This document shows positions 39,076 through 52,235 of a DNA stretch of 64,000 nt, one piece after another. Below the pieces are notes generated by a model that had not been told where the DNA came from, ran no database searches, and was given only the letters and a program-made list of their open reading frames with translations. Each line of letters begins with the position of its first letter. Positions within the stretch are counted from its first letter, which is position 1. The translations under genes were made by a program, and so were the position numbers. The DNA is from Callorhinchus milii (lineage: Eukaryota): positions 24,366,001 through 24,430,000 of the forward strand of contig NW_024704746.1 in NCBI RefSeq assembly GCF_018977255.1. Reading direction: 5' to 3'.

Positions 39076-39984
39076 TTAATAAAAGCAGGGGTTTGAATTC
39101 AATGAGATTATTCATTTTTTTTAGTTACAGAACAGCTTATCCACCTCCCCCCGCCCTGCCCACAAATAAATCAATTTTTCAATATGACTCTCATACTTTT
39201 AAGAATGAATGAATGTACATTTGTAGCACTAACCACTGCTATTGAGCGTTTCTCTTTGCTTAAACATGGCAAAGAGTATTGCCAGAAGCACAGAGTTCCC
39301 TGTGATTCTACTCCTTTAACAGGGCATTTCCACCTGTTTAACAGAAACTGATTATATTGAATGTGAAGTTCATTTTTTTCTTCTAAGGTTACATTTCTCT
39401 GAGGCTCTCCTTCACTCCTACAGCACAAATTCTCCATCTAGTGGACATCTCTCTGAATAACAGTACAATCTTTCTACCGCTCAACTGTTGTGTATGTTTG
39501 GAAACAAAATCATCCTTATTGTGCCACACCTCTGCTACACAAAGCAGTGAGGCCACATAATACAACCACAACAAATGACATGGGCGTATAGTGCTTTCAC
39601 TTCGGGAGGACGTCCCAAGGTGCTGTGATACAAACATATCAAAAGAGCAGTGATTAGCAAAGAAGCCTCCTCTCCCCCCAAACTAGTGACCAGGGACAAT
39701 TTTAGACCGTCAAGGTAAATCCTACCATCGACTACGTTTCTGCATTACTCAGGCTTGCTCCAGCTTGCACAAATTTCCGCAAACCAAAAGACAAACACGA
39801 ACAAGACACAATTCTGAGGCAGAAAGAACTCTCTGCCACTCACTCTCCCATCTCCTGTTTGCTGTCCTCAACCATCAGACCATGACTGTAATTTGCAGAT
39901 TTATCCCAGGTGCAAATCTACAATTTAACTTTTTCTCTATCTTTACAACAGAAACAGGAAAGAAAATAGAAAACAAGACACTCC

Positions 39985-40215
39985 CCAACCCCACATACAC
40001 AGACACACATACCCTCAAAAACACACTCACATCCCCCTACCCACCCCCACGCACATACACTCACATACACATACACACTCACACACACCCACCCCCACAC
40101 ACATACAGCCGCACATACACACACCCCAAACACACATACACTCACACACACACACATACTCCCACATGCACTCACATACACATACACCCACACCCACACA
40201 TAAACCCACCCACCA
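39985..40215. repeat. Imperfect (CA)n-rich repeat
   Basis: cacatacacactcacacacacc units. Confidence 0.85.
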
Positions 40216-41763
40216 CCGACTTGAATCCAAAGACTGTATTGGATTTTCGAGCTCTGTAAAGCTGTGTGTAGGTTCACAGCGACAATAAACTCATCACCTG
40301 ATGAGAACAATCTACAAATGTCTGATAACGGTGTTGCAATTGCAATAAACCAGGTTCAGGCTGATATGACTGTAATTGAACTGATTTATAGATCACAGAA
40401 CAATCCCTGTCAGGCTAAAGGGTTGTAAATAAAAAATATTTGCTGAAATGTCAGTAAAATAGCACAATGTTTGGTGGGAAACCTGATAAGAAACTCTATA
40501 ATTCGTTACTTTGTAAAGTTTATGGTGGATTTTTGTGATTTTTCTAATCAGGAGTCATGAGCCACCTCACACTGAAAACTATTTCACAGGAAAGGATGAA
40601 GCATTCTCTGAAGTGCGATAATAATAATCCTTCCATTTAATACAGTGCCTTATCACGTCATTGAGATGTCTCAAAGCGCTTCACAGAATTTATTGTAAAG
40701 TGTAGTGACTGTGTAATCAGAGCCCTTGGCTAAACGTTGAAGGGCTCTGGGTTTGAATCTGGTTTCCATCTATTTGCTGTCGGTCACTAATACATCTAAT
40801 GGCAAAAACCTTTGGAGGTGGGGGTGTGGGGGGGTTGGTGTGGGAGAGAGTGAGGAAACCTGGGGATTAACTGCTGCTAAGGAGACACACCTGGAAAGGC
40901 CTGAGGAACCCCAGACATTGCTGATGGGAGGCCAACTGTGTCTGGCTCAGCTGTCTGATTTAGTGGGACTGTACACACACGTCCTCAATGACCCACACCC
41001 ATGATTGTGCAGATAAAGTGTTGATTGCAACTTTTTTGGGGAAAAAAGAGAACATAGAATTATTTACAGTGATATTGGAGCTATAAATTAGTGTGTGATG
41101 GACAGATATTGACTAAGAGCAAAGCATTATAAGGCACAGTAATCTGAATCCCACATTCTTCTTATACGCTCACACAAGCCACAACGGACAGTCTCTCCAT
41201 CTATCTAGAAGGTCAGAAATTATCGCTGTGAAAATTGCATTTTAATTGTTATTTGTATTTGTTTATTGATATTTCCTGTGCAAGTCTGGATACACTGATG
41301 TAATATATCCTATTGTTGGGGTTGTGTCTGTCCGACCTGTTCCGGGCCTCAGCTGATGAGGTTAGTAACTGACGACTGAAGTGCATGAAATATTTGCCCT
41401 CAGAGATTCTCTTCTCCCTGAAGGTTTAGCCTCTGCTGTCTTGTCTGGCCAGGCTGAGCTGGGTCATTGGAGGGGGAGTTGGCTGTGTGACAGCCCAGCA
41501 AACAGCTGCATAATCTGCTTTGAACACAAGTAGCCTAACCTTGTGTAGACTTATCAGAAATTCAGGAATTGTATGATATTTAATATACTGTAAAGGACGG
41601 TTCTGGGCAAAGTGCTCGCCATGTACCAGAGTAAAAATGACTGTCCAGTGCTTTGGGACGTCCTCCCAACGTGAAAGGCGCTGTCCAAATCTAATTTGTT
41701 GTTGTTGTTGTAACTTCTTTGAGGCTTTCATTATTTTTCAGGTTATTATAACCCAGCGACACA

Positions 41764-41915
41764 ATGACAATCTCGTACACGTTAAAAGTTGCTGATGCCC
41801 GATTTGCTGGATTCTCCAAACTCCTCTTTCGTTGGAAAGGAAGCATCTACAAGCTGCTGTACAAAGAATTCATTGTGTTCGTGATTTTATACTCCATACT
41901 CAGTGTGACCTATAG
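41764..41915 (+). CDS. BEST4: BEST4 coding exon 1
   Basis: ATG at 41764 ... TAT AG|gtgagg; 152 nt; acceptor at 41741. Confidence 0.94.
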
Positions 41916-44900
41916 GTGAGGTTGCCTTCTGAAAGATATTTTTAAAATATCCCAAATGTTATTAGATCTAACATTCGACCTCTACTATTCTGCTGTCTCC
42001 AAACAGGGAGCAGTACATTGGGGAAGAATTGAAATGCTCTTTACTATTTACTTATTTATTTAAAACAGGAACATTTTTTTAAAAATCCATCCAGAATGAA
42101 TATGAAATGGTCTTGTTTACATAAATGCTGTTAGAAATAGGAAATTATTTTTCCTGTTTAGATCAGCTATGAGTTTATGCGGAGCCAATGTATACCTGTG
42201 TATCTAAGTATGAGATTGAGCTTCTATTTCTGTTTCATCCTCTAGGTGTTTCCTGTCACATGAACAGAAACGTGTGTTTGAGAAAGTGGCTGTATATTGT
42301 GACAAACACACCAGCCTCATCCCAATGTCCTTTGTCCTGGGTCTGTATCTCCTCCGAGTCCCTAGTGAAAGCTAGTTACTGAACACTCCCCATTCAGCTT
42401 CCCTAAAGTGGAGATAAAATAATTCTTGGTGTACGACTTTGTTATAAAACCTGGGATAGATAGAGGATTTGTGTCCAGCAAAAGCAATGCAGGCGCAAGT
42501 CCACATACGGAAATCTTTCATCACAAGACGCAGCCCTTTGAGCCTCTCATATCCCAATTCAGTGCCCTGGGACGTCTTTCCGACGTGAAGGGTGCTATAC
42601 AAGTGTAATTTGTTGTTGTTGTTGTCTCCTGCCTCAGGGTTCTATGTCACTCTGGTTATTAACCGATGGTGGAGTCAGTACCGGAGTATCCCACTGCCAG
42701 ACCAGCTGATGTGTGTGGTGTCCGGGAATATTCACGGTTTGGATGAGCGAGGACGAATCCTGCGGAGGACACTGATCCGCTACGCAAACCTCTCCTCTGT
42801 CCTCATCCTGAGGTCAGTCAGCACACGGGTGCGCAAGAGATTCCCTTCCATGAAGCACATTGTGGAAGCAGGTAAACTCAATCACTGAAAACACTATTCT
42901 CTATTCTATTTCACCCACAAAATATACAGTCAATTCACTTTACAGTGGAGCCTGTGAAGCGCTTTGAGACATCTTGAAGGCATGATAAGGCGCTGTATCA
43001 AATGCAAGGATTAGTATTATTAAAAGCAAACAATTGACATAAGACTTACATTCATGATAACATTTGTATAAACATATGTATTAGAAACCTGAGTGCTCTA
43101 CCGGATGTTCTACTTCCATAGTAAATATTGTACAAACATATTGTGAATATTGTCATATTTTATTTAACTGCAATATTCCATCTCTAAAACAGAAAGTATA
43201 TTCAGCCCCATCTTAATTATCTGCTATAACTTCCTTAGCAAATTGCAGTGTGTTTTCCCACTTTTAAAACAATTACTGATTTTTTTTCTCTGTTTAATCT
43301 TTTAATCTGCTATCTCGAGGGAGATCTACTGTTGATCAATTTCATTCGATCAATGAGTAGCGCTACAATTGATAATAGATAGTCAGCATTGAAAGATGAC
43401 ATTTCCAGATTTACTTGTTCAATCTGCTATTGTGTATTGGTTAGTCTGTTTATTGATCAATATCAATGAATGAATATACAGTAAGTGCTACATGGATGAT
43501 ACAATTTAGCCACATTAGATAAAACAAAACATTTGGTAGATTTGCAAACACGGGACCTGATGCCATTGAACTGTTTCATCGTAAATACACTGAAAAAATG
43601 AGGTTAGAAGAAAGTCAACAGAACGTCTCTGATCTGACTACTGACTACAAACAGCAAAGCAACCACTGAAGCTTCCCAGTCAATGTAAGCTGCTGCTAAC
43701 AACATTAAAGGGATTGCAAGTTGCATTCTGAGAACATTTATCTATAAATGAATAGAAGTTACTCTTACCTTATATGGAGCTCAGTCATGAAAGGCTCAAC
43801 GTTGACCCAATCTCATTAGTAAACAGAAGTTGAGGACAGGAGGCAGGTGCTTGAGATGCTGTTGTCCTTAAAGGGTGTGAGTGTGTCTCATCTCTTCTCT
43901 CCTGTTATACACGGTTTGCAAAAAATTAATAGCCTTTTCTCTGGCGGTTTGTGCGAAACACCCATCACAAACTCCACAAAAAACATGTTGCATTTTGGAT
44001 AGAAAATATTCACAACTGCATAATTAAATAAATAATGATAATCCTTGCATTTGATATAGTGCGTTATCATGTCTTCGAGACGTCTCAAAGAGGTTCACAG
44101 AATATATTGTAAAGTGAATTGACTGTATGTTTTGTGGGCGAAATTGTTACCAAACATTTATTTGATGAGCCGGAAATATCAGATAACAGTCAGGAAACCT
44201 CAGAATTTTGTCCAAAGTAAAATGAAGTAAAAAGGAGTCAGATGAATATCACATGGTTTATTCCAACATTCTGTCATTCAGACAAAAGGGCTTCAAAAAT
44301 GTAACTGCTCAAGAGACTCCAAATTGATCCTCGTCTTTAAATAAACCACTCTCACTGCAGGAAACTGACTCCCAAATTAAGGCTGAATTTAAAGAATTAA
44401 AGATGTTTTTCCCAACATTTTGCACAACAACAATCCTTACATTTGCTATACCTGCTTATCATGTCATTGGGACTTCTTAAAGTGCTTCACAGCACATACA
44501 GTAAAGTGAAGTGACTGTGTATTTTGAAGGCAAAATCTGTAATTTTAAAACAAAATGGCCTAACAGGCCACAAGCAACTCGGTAGAATGTTCAGGCCCGG
44601 CCTGAGATAACTCAACTGTTACCAACTGGTGAAAGAACTCCAGCCACACATCAAGAGGTTATTCTTCTGTTTTTCAGGATTCATGACTTGTGAGGAGTTA
44701 AAGGCGTTTGAAATTCTTGTCTCTGATTTTAACAAGTACTGGATTCCGTGCGTGTGGTTCACAAACCTGGCATCTCAGGCTCGGAGCGAAGGCCGAATCC
44801 ACGATGATGTGGCTCTCAGATTACTGATGGATGTGAGTGTGTCATCCTGACATCCTGATAGACAGTCGTTCATAGAATCATAGATTCCTACAGCACAGAA

Positions 44901-47834
44901 GGAGGCCATTCAGCCCTTTGTGCCTGTGCTGACTCTTTGAAAGAGCCACCAACTAGTCCCACTACCCATTGCCTTGCAAAATTGAATTTGTGTGTTTGAT
45001 AGCTCCTTGGTATAGCAGCTCCAAAGAACACTAAACACACAGTATAGTGATGTATAAATATATAGATATATATATATAAATAGTATACGTGTACTGATGG
45101 GAAATATAACTTCCATTTAACGACATAAGGCATTTGATAGGAAAGAACCAACTTGCCTTTTTGATAGCACCTTTCCACACTGAAATGTCTGAACGTGCTT
45201 TACAGAATTTGCTATCAAATGTATACACTGTGTTAATAGGCCACAGTGTCAATACTTTCATCATAAGGCAGTGTTTGGATCCCAAGCTCACCTCCTCGCT
45301 CAGCACCTCAGTACTAATAGTAATGATTGTAAAGCACAACTTGTGCTCAATGTTTTCCTGTTCTAACTTGCAGGAACTGAATGGATATCGGGCAAAATGC
45401 AGTCTGTTGTTTCACTACGACTGGATCAGCATACCCTTAGTATACACCCAGGTCAGAACGGCATCCGTGAAAAGCATCAATATCAAAGTATAATGACATC
45501 TAATAACAATAATAATCCTTGCGTTTCAGATGGCGCCTTATCACATCATTGAGACGCCTCAAGGCGCAACACAGAATACAGTGTAAAGTGTAGTGACTGT
45601 GTATTTTAATTATTTCCTTTATTTCGCTGCTCTGTAGGTCGTCACCATTGCGGTCTATTCTTTCTTCACCATCTGTCTCATCGGGCGTCAGTTTCTTGAA
45701 CCCAAGGAGGGTTATGAAGAAGATAAGATAGATTTTTACATTCCCATCTTCACCTTGCTTCAGTTCTTTTTCTATGCAGGTTGGCTGAAGGTATGATTTA
45801 CACCTTCTGATCACTAAACTGCATTTAAAATGCTGATTCGTGGAATTATTGGTGCTGTAATCAAGTTTACTTTCTTCTCATCCCTGCAAAGTATGTTCGA
45901 CTTCATTCCAACAAAATGAAACTCTCATCTATTTGTTGTAAGAATTAGCCCTCTTTCTAGCCAGATATGATTGCAACTCTGTACTTGCACTTTAACAAAC
46001 TATAGCTAATAATAATAATCCTTGCATTTGATATAGCGCCTTATTATGTTGTTGAGACATCTCAAGGAGCTTCACAGGATACATTTGAAGTGTAGTGACT
46101 GTGAGTTTTGTGGGTGAAACAGTTGCACGCGAATACGTAATCACACATTAATACTCAATACTCATTAATACTTAATACTCTGCTTGTTCAGGTCGCCGAA
46201 CAGATCATTAATCCATTTGGAGAGGATGATGACGATTTTGAAACAAACAAACTGATTGACCGTAACCTTCAGGTAATAATAATAATAATGTATATATATA
46301 TTGCTGTATATATTACAAATAATGTTACAGTTATCAACCATTTTCTGTTAGCAAAGCACCAGCATCATTTCCCCCAATTCAACCTTGTTCAAATTAGTCA
46401 CATCTCGGACTGTAAACAAATTAATTTATCCAGGCTGAGCTGGTTCTGTGATCAAACAAGAACTTGGCCCCAATTATGACTGTTTGTGGGACGCTGCTGT
46501 GCGCAATTGGCTGCCTCGTTTCACCCACACAATATACAGTCAATTCACATTACAGTATATCCTGTGAAGCGCTTTGAGACGTCTCAATGACGTGATAAGG
46601 CGCTGTACCAAATGCAAGGTTTATTATTATCCCAACAACTCTATAAGAAGAATATGTAAAGGAACTAAGAGCAGCACTAATCCAGGTTTGCAGCATAAAT
46701 CTGCACAGAATTCACCACCAAAATAACTTTACTGAAGGCGACTGGAAGATTTATGGGGAAAGCAGACTTTAAATCAGAGTAGAAGCTTTATTGTGTGTCC
46801 TGGTTACAGTGATCAATAGCTAAGTGGGTACAAATGTTCCCATTACTGAGATCTGTCATCTCACCCACAAACATCACAAGGTTTGAAGGTTTGTGTTACA
46901 AATGGCTGTACCTCTCCACAGGTTTCCTTTCTCTCTGTGGACGATATGTATCAGAATCTTCCTCCAGCTGAGAGAGACAAATACTGGGACCAATCCAGCC
47001 CTCAGCCGCCTTACACAGTGGCTACAGCCAGTGAGACACAGAAACCATCATTTCTAGGATCTACCTTCGACATGCAGTGAGTGTAACACGACCGAGGTCT
47101 GAACTGATAGATTAAACAGTTAGTGTCAATCCAGCCAACCTCACTGAGGTTATTACCTTTTAAGGTAACAATGCAATTGCTGCAAAAAGCCACTGGCTTT
47201 GGTTGCTGTACCCCCCAACCCACTACCTGCTGCCTCCGCTCCACTGGCTCCAGGCTCCTGCTTGTCTTTCGTGCCCTTCATTCCACCAACTCTGGAACTC
47301 TCTCCTTCAATCCCTCCGCCTTGCCCCCATCCTTCCTTATCTTCAGGTCGCGTCTGATGACTTTCTTCTTCGACCGTGAGTAAGGTCACCTCCCCCCAGC
47401 TCGGAGTCGTGCTCCGCCACTGTTAAGCGCTCTGGGACCCTACCCAGATATGCTCAGTTTGGTATTTTTGTGTCTTAGCTTGATTGTTTGTGTCCTGATT
47501 GATTGTTGATTGATGGTGTCCTGATTGATTGATTGATTGATTGATTGATGGTGTCCTGATTGATTGACAGTGTCCTGATTGCTTGATTGATTGATTGTAT
47601 TCTAGCATGATTGAAAGTCAAGCCCTGAATGAAGTAGAGGAACCTTCTCAAATGGACCCCAAGCTGCACACACCCCTCCTCAACACCTCAGCTGTCACAC
47701 CGCCCCCAGCCGTCAGCCTCAAACACTTCAGGCACATCCCAGCCATCAATTTATTACCGAACTTTACGGACTGTGTCAGCTCCGATCTGACTCCAGATGT
47801 GGTCACTCCAACCAATGAAGGTACCCTAGACTAG
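41764..47834 (+). CDS. BEST4: Bestrophin-4, whole 9-coding-exon span, about 443 aa
   Basis: [27 protein letters not shown] (BEST4-type N-terminus), RFP motif, [11 protein letters not shown] Ca2+ clasp, C-terminal TPLL..P.P.VSL..F. Exon lengths sum to 1332 nt; syntenic with PLK3. Confidence 0.95.
42246..42340 (+). CDS. BEST4: BEST4 coding exon 2
   Basis: ctag|G TGT TTC ... LIPMSFVL G|gtctgt; 95 nt. Confidence 0.92.
42638..42871 (+). CDS. BEST4: BEST4 coding exon 3
   Basis: [14 protein letters not shown]...[13 protein letters not shown]|gtaaac; 234 nt. Confidence 0.94.
44678..44832 (+). CDS. BEST4: BEST4 coding exon 4
   Basis: FMTCEE...[12 protein letters not shown]...LLMD|gtgagt; 155 nt. 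Confidence 0.94.
45374..45451 (+). CDS. BEST4: BEST4 coding exon 5
   Basis: [26 protein letters not shown]|gtcaga; 78 nt. Confidence 0.94.
45638..45790 (+). CDS. BEST4: BEST4 coding exon 6
   Basis: [10 protein letters not shown]...GRQFL...[12 protein letters not shown]|gtatga; 153 nt. Confidence 0.94.
46192..46272 (+). CDS. BEST4: BEST4 coding exon 7
   Basis: [27 protein letters not shown]|gtaata; 81 nt. Confidence 0.94.
46922..47076 (+). CDS. BEST4: BEST4 coding exon 8
   Basis: [18 protein letters not shown]...PPYT...[11 protein letters not shown]|gtgagt; 155 nt. Confidence 0.93.
47476..47597. repeat. (GATT)n / gtgtcctgattgatt minisatellite just upstream of the last BEST4 exon
   Basis: Four gtgtcctgatt units with GATT tracts. 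Confidence 0.85.
47606..47834 (+). CDS. BEST4: BEST4 last coding exon
   Basis: tctag|C ATG ATT GAA; [21 protein letters not shown]...GTLD* (TAG). Confidence 0.85.
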
Positions 47835-48503
47835 AGCATCAAAACAGTCATAGCTCTACTCCACAATATACATAGTCAATTCACTTTACAATGTATCTTG
47901 TGAAGAGCTTTGAGACGTCTCGAAGACATGATCAGGCTCTATATCAAATGCAAAGATTATTATTATGCCGTTTGAAAGCTTCTCAGACTTGAAGCTTGAA
48001 TGTATAAAGAAGACACCTGAAGTTGCTACGTCGCCAGTCATTATAATGAAGATTTAAACATTCTTTAATGAATTGTGTAAAGAACTAAAACCAAGCCACT
48101 CGTTCATCATTATCTTTGTTACCTTTAGGGACTCTCCCACCAAAGGCTAAACCTGGCAGTGTAGTTGTTTTGAAATCAAGATCTACCACATTTTTTTCCT
48201 ATTCTGAATACATTCACCCCAGGATTTCTAGATTGTTTTCCCTCCCCTTTAATATTAGTGTTAATACCAATGCTAAGAACAAAATTGCTCTCCTTTGCAG
48301 GTTCCTTTACAGTCCACATACAGAACTAAAAGGAACTGTTCTTGTTTTTTCTTGTGATTCCACACAGGATCATCAGTTCTAGTTGCAACATATACTTTTC
48401 CTCACAGGGGCAGCATTGCACCTGCATTGAAGTTAAGGAGGTTCTACTCAACTGCTGTCCAAATACCGTGTTACATATTCTTTTGATATTATGTGTGATT
48501 CAG

Positions 48504-48509
48504 AATAAA
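48504..48509 (+). terminator. Putative BEST4 polyA signal
   Basis: AATAAA about 670 nt after the stop codon. Confidence 0.45.
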
Positions 48510-49009
48510 AAAAACCTGATGCCTGTCTTAGCTTGAAGCATAAAGCTGTTTAATCCTTGTCTAGTCTTTACATTTCTGATAATTTGATGATCCTTGACAT
48601 TAATCGGACACTAATCTCTTTCTCCGTTAAATTCTGTCCATCTGCAACCTGTCCCGAGCTATTGCTTTGCTGCTCAGACCTATTTTGCTGAACAGCATGA
48701 GCATCAGTTACCTACTGTGGAGGTGCCCACATTCTCCCATTCTAATTCAGAAGAGATTTATAGTGTCCAACATCAGAAAAGATCCCAATATTCAAACTGT
48801 CTTGTCCCATTTTTCAAAAACCCCAACTCCTTCACATCAAACATTTATTATCCAATTCTCACTTGAAATTTGCCACACTATCTGAGTCCATCACCTCCTT
48901 GAGCAAACTATATGCTAACCATCGTCTACATAAGCATAGTTAAGTCATACTGCCTCTTCATCCATCCCCTTTTGTGTGTTGAGACTGAGGCTCTTTGTTG
49001 TGGATCTAT

Positions 49010-49410
49010 TGATCATACAACCATAGAGATTTATGGCACAGAAGAAGGCCATTTGGCCCATCATGTCTGTGCCATCTCCCTCCCGAGCAATCTTTTCAGT
49101 CCCACTTGTCCTTTCCCACACTCCTGTAGCTGATTGTTCTAAGGGTATCTGCCTAGTTCCTTCTTGAATGCCATATGGATTTCTCCTCAGCTAATGCTCC
49201 TGGCAAGGCATTCCATATCTTAGTCACTGTGCGCATGAAAACATTTCTCCTAACCTCTCCATTTGCTCATTTACTAACCATCTTAAATTGATGCCTTGTA
49301 ACTTTCTGACTCACCAACCAGTGGAAATAATTTCTCCCCTTGACTTTATCAAAACCGCTGGTCATTTTAAGGCCCTCAATCAGGTCACCCCCAACCTGCT
49401 TTGCCCTGTA
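49010..49410 (-). mobile_element. Degraded CR1-type LINE 3' fragment
   Basis: atggcacagaagaaggccatttggcccatc...ggcaaggcattccatat...catttctcctaacctc...atcttaaattgatgcc. Confidence 0.55.
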
Positions 49411-50445
49411 CACAGCAGTGAGATGAATGACCAATAAGCTGGGGTTTTGATAAATTGGCTAAGAGGTGGGAGGTCTATTATAATAAGAACAATAATTTGA
49501 TACAGCATATCAAGGACGTTTCAAAGCTTTCCACAGCGTAGTGACTATTCTGTGGGTAAATTGTGTAGGTGCATTTTGTATTCTCATTTTGCGAAGTGCT
49601 TCGAGGCATTCTTGTTTGTGAAAGGCACCGTAGAAATGAAAGTTATTGTTGTCTAAAAGGTTTCTCCTCCTCCCTGGACTTGGCAACTAAGGGAGCTGCC
49701 AGTCTTTGGATTGTCATGGTGATCCCCTGCTCCCTTGCGTGACACCTCATTAACTGTGATGTGCTTTCAGTCAAACACCAGGCCTACAATTTAAAAGCTT
49801 TAAGCCATTTGCAAGGTTGTGATTTATTAATGGAAGCCATTTACAGAGGCTGATTCCTCAAAATGAAGTGTCAAAGTAACATGAAAACTACTGCTCCACC
49901 ACAGGACACAGGAAAGCAACTCCTGACGGGGCACAAAAATCAAAGTACTGCAGCTGCTTGGAATCGGAAATATAGATAGAATTCGCTGGGAACGCTCATC
50001 TGACGCAAGGTCATCAACCTGAAACGTTAACTCATTTTCCTCTCTCCATCGATGCTGCCTGACCTACTGAGTGATCACAGCAACTTCTGTTTCAATTTTA
50101 TAACGAGGTACAACTGAATTTGGGGAGCAATTTAACAATTTGGTCTACAGTCAAACAGATGTACTTTCTTAACAATGGAGCGGATCTCAAGCTATTTTAA
50201 GGTTTTTCTTTAAATAGCAGAATGTATTGTTAGCTTGACAAAACAAGGCTAAAGAGAGGTCATGGCCCAGGTATTTACCATGTATGAAAGGCATGGCTAA
50301 TGTAGGTGTACACAAGCAGGCTCTTCCTCTTGATGTGTGAGTATGGAATTGGAGTCAAAAGCACAAAATCAACCAGCCCAAAATAAAACAAGAAGTTTTA
50401 TGGGGTTTCATTAAGTCTATTCTATTCTGTACTCATTGAATTTCT

Positions 50446-51030
50446 ACCTGGGTGTGTGGGTGAAAATGTGGGCAGCAGAGTGTTGTATAATCTGGATTTT
50501 ATGGATGGTAGTGGATGGGCGACCGGCGAGGAGGGCGTTAGAATAATCCAGCTGAGAGGTGACAAAGGCATGGACCAGGGTTTCAGTGGCTTTCAGAGAG
50601 AGGTATTTGCGGAGACGGGCGATGTGTCGGAGGTGGAAGAAAGCGGTGCTGGTGAGGGCCCGCATGTGGGGGAGGAAGGATAATTGGGGGTTGAACCTGA
50701 CGCCTAGGTTGCATACGGGCTCGGAGAGTTTTAGGGGGAGGTCGGGTAGGTGGAGGAGGTGAGAGCCATGAGATTTTAGACGTTGACGAGAGCCAAAGAA
50801 TATGGCTTCCATCCTGTCAACGTTCAGCTGAAGGAAATTTGTGCTCATCCAGCCCCTGAGGTCTGACAGGCAGATCAGGGGACTGGGGGGCGCAAAGAGA
50901 GGTGGAAAAATAGTGTTGGGTGTCGTCCGCATACATGTGGAAGTGTACTCCATGTCTGCGGATGACATCCCCAAGAGCCAAGAGGGAGCAAGTGGATCAG
51001 AAAGATGGATCCTTGGGGTACCCCGCAGGT
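50446..51030 (-). mobile_element. L2-clade LINE ORF2 fragment (RT C-terminal region)
   Basis: CLSDLRGWMSTNFLQLN..E..FG...NLGV.FNPQLSF..H....AFFHLRHIARLR..L....ETLVHAFVTSQLDYSN. Confidence 0.88.
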
Positions 51031-51604
51031 AACATGAGACAGGTGGAGAGGTACATGAGGGAGAAAGGAATAGAAGGTTCTGCTTGAAAGTTAGTTGAGG
51101 AAGGGCAGGAGGGGCTCATGTGGAGCATAAACACCGCAGAGACCAGTTGGGCCAAATGGCCTGTTTCTGTGCTGTAGATTCTAATGGATTCTAATGTATG
51201 TATCCATTCCCTCATTGTAAGTGTTATTGTATTTAACACCATGACATCTTTAATTCAGTTAATGAACAGAGACCATCAGTAGAGCCATGTGAATTCTCAG
51301 TAGCTTTGCTTCAGGGATTTTATATAATAATAATAATGCTTGAGGCGCTGTAAGATTGCTACTTCCTGATTGGGAGCCATCTGAGAGAGAGAAATGGCTA
51401 TCAATATGTAGCATGGTTTGGAAGTAAAACATTTCACATTTCAATAGCCCTGAAGAGCGAATATAATCACTGAGCTATTCCAACAGAGAAAAACTGAAAG
51501 CTCCATTAAAGCCAATTTTCAAATATTCTAAAGTGTCAATTAAACACTTATTGAATATGTATTTAAAGCACTGCTAACTAACCCAGCTCCATCACTGTCT
51601 CACA

Positions 51605-52235
51605 CCGCAGGCCACCGAAACTCTCATACACAAATTTATAACATCCAGACTTGACTATGAAAACTCACTGCTTGTCGGCCTCCCCAATTCCTCCCTCCAC
51701 AGACTGCAGATCATCCAGAACTCTGCAGCCCGTGTCCTCTCCCACATCAGGTTCCGTGACCCCATCTCCCCCACGCTCGCCCAACCCCACTGGCTTCCCA
51801 TTACACAGAGGATTCAGTTCAAGATCCTGGTCCTCAGCTTTAAAACCCTCCATGGTTTTGCTCCCCCCGACCTCTGTGACCTCCTAACCCCTTACCATCC
51901 TGCTCGCTCCCTCTGCTCAGTGGGCTCCGGCCTGCTTCAAGTCCCCCGCCTCGCCCGTCCAACTATGGGCAGGCAGGCCTTCTCCCACTCTGCCCTCGCC
52001 CTCTGGAACTCCATCCCGCAGTCCTTCCACCTCGCCCCCTCCCTTGCCACCTTCAAAACCCATCTCAAGACCCTCCTCTTCGACCGTGCCTTCGATCACC
52101 CTCTTTCCCCCCCGCTCTCCACCCTCCCTGATCCCAACCCCCAGGTCGGGTCTGAAACATTGATTGTCCACTGACAGCCTCCCGATGTGAAAGGCGCTGT
52201 ACACATATAATTTTGTTGTGGTTGTTGTTGTTGTA
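51605..52235 (+). mobile_element. L2-clade LINE 3' terminal fragment with (TTG)n tail
   Basis: ATETLIHKFITSRLDY, IQFKILVLSFK, RQAFSHSALALWNSIP, FKTHLKTLLF, then a gtgaaaggcgctg..ttgttgttg tail. Confidence 0.85.

Noticed and set aside
41128-41211. Possible BEST4 TATA box and non-coding first exon (TATAAG; AAG|gtcaga)
   Set aside because: Plausible, but the motifs are too short to support a call without transcript data.
50446-52235. Twin-priming inverted LINE
   Set aside because: The two L2 fragments overlap in element coordinates, are diverged and are separated by about 570 bp of other sequence; independent insertions are more likely.
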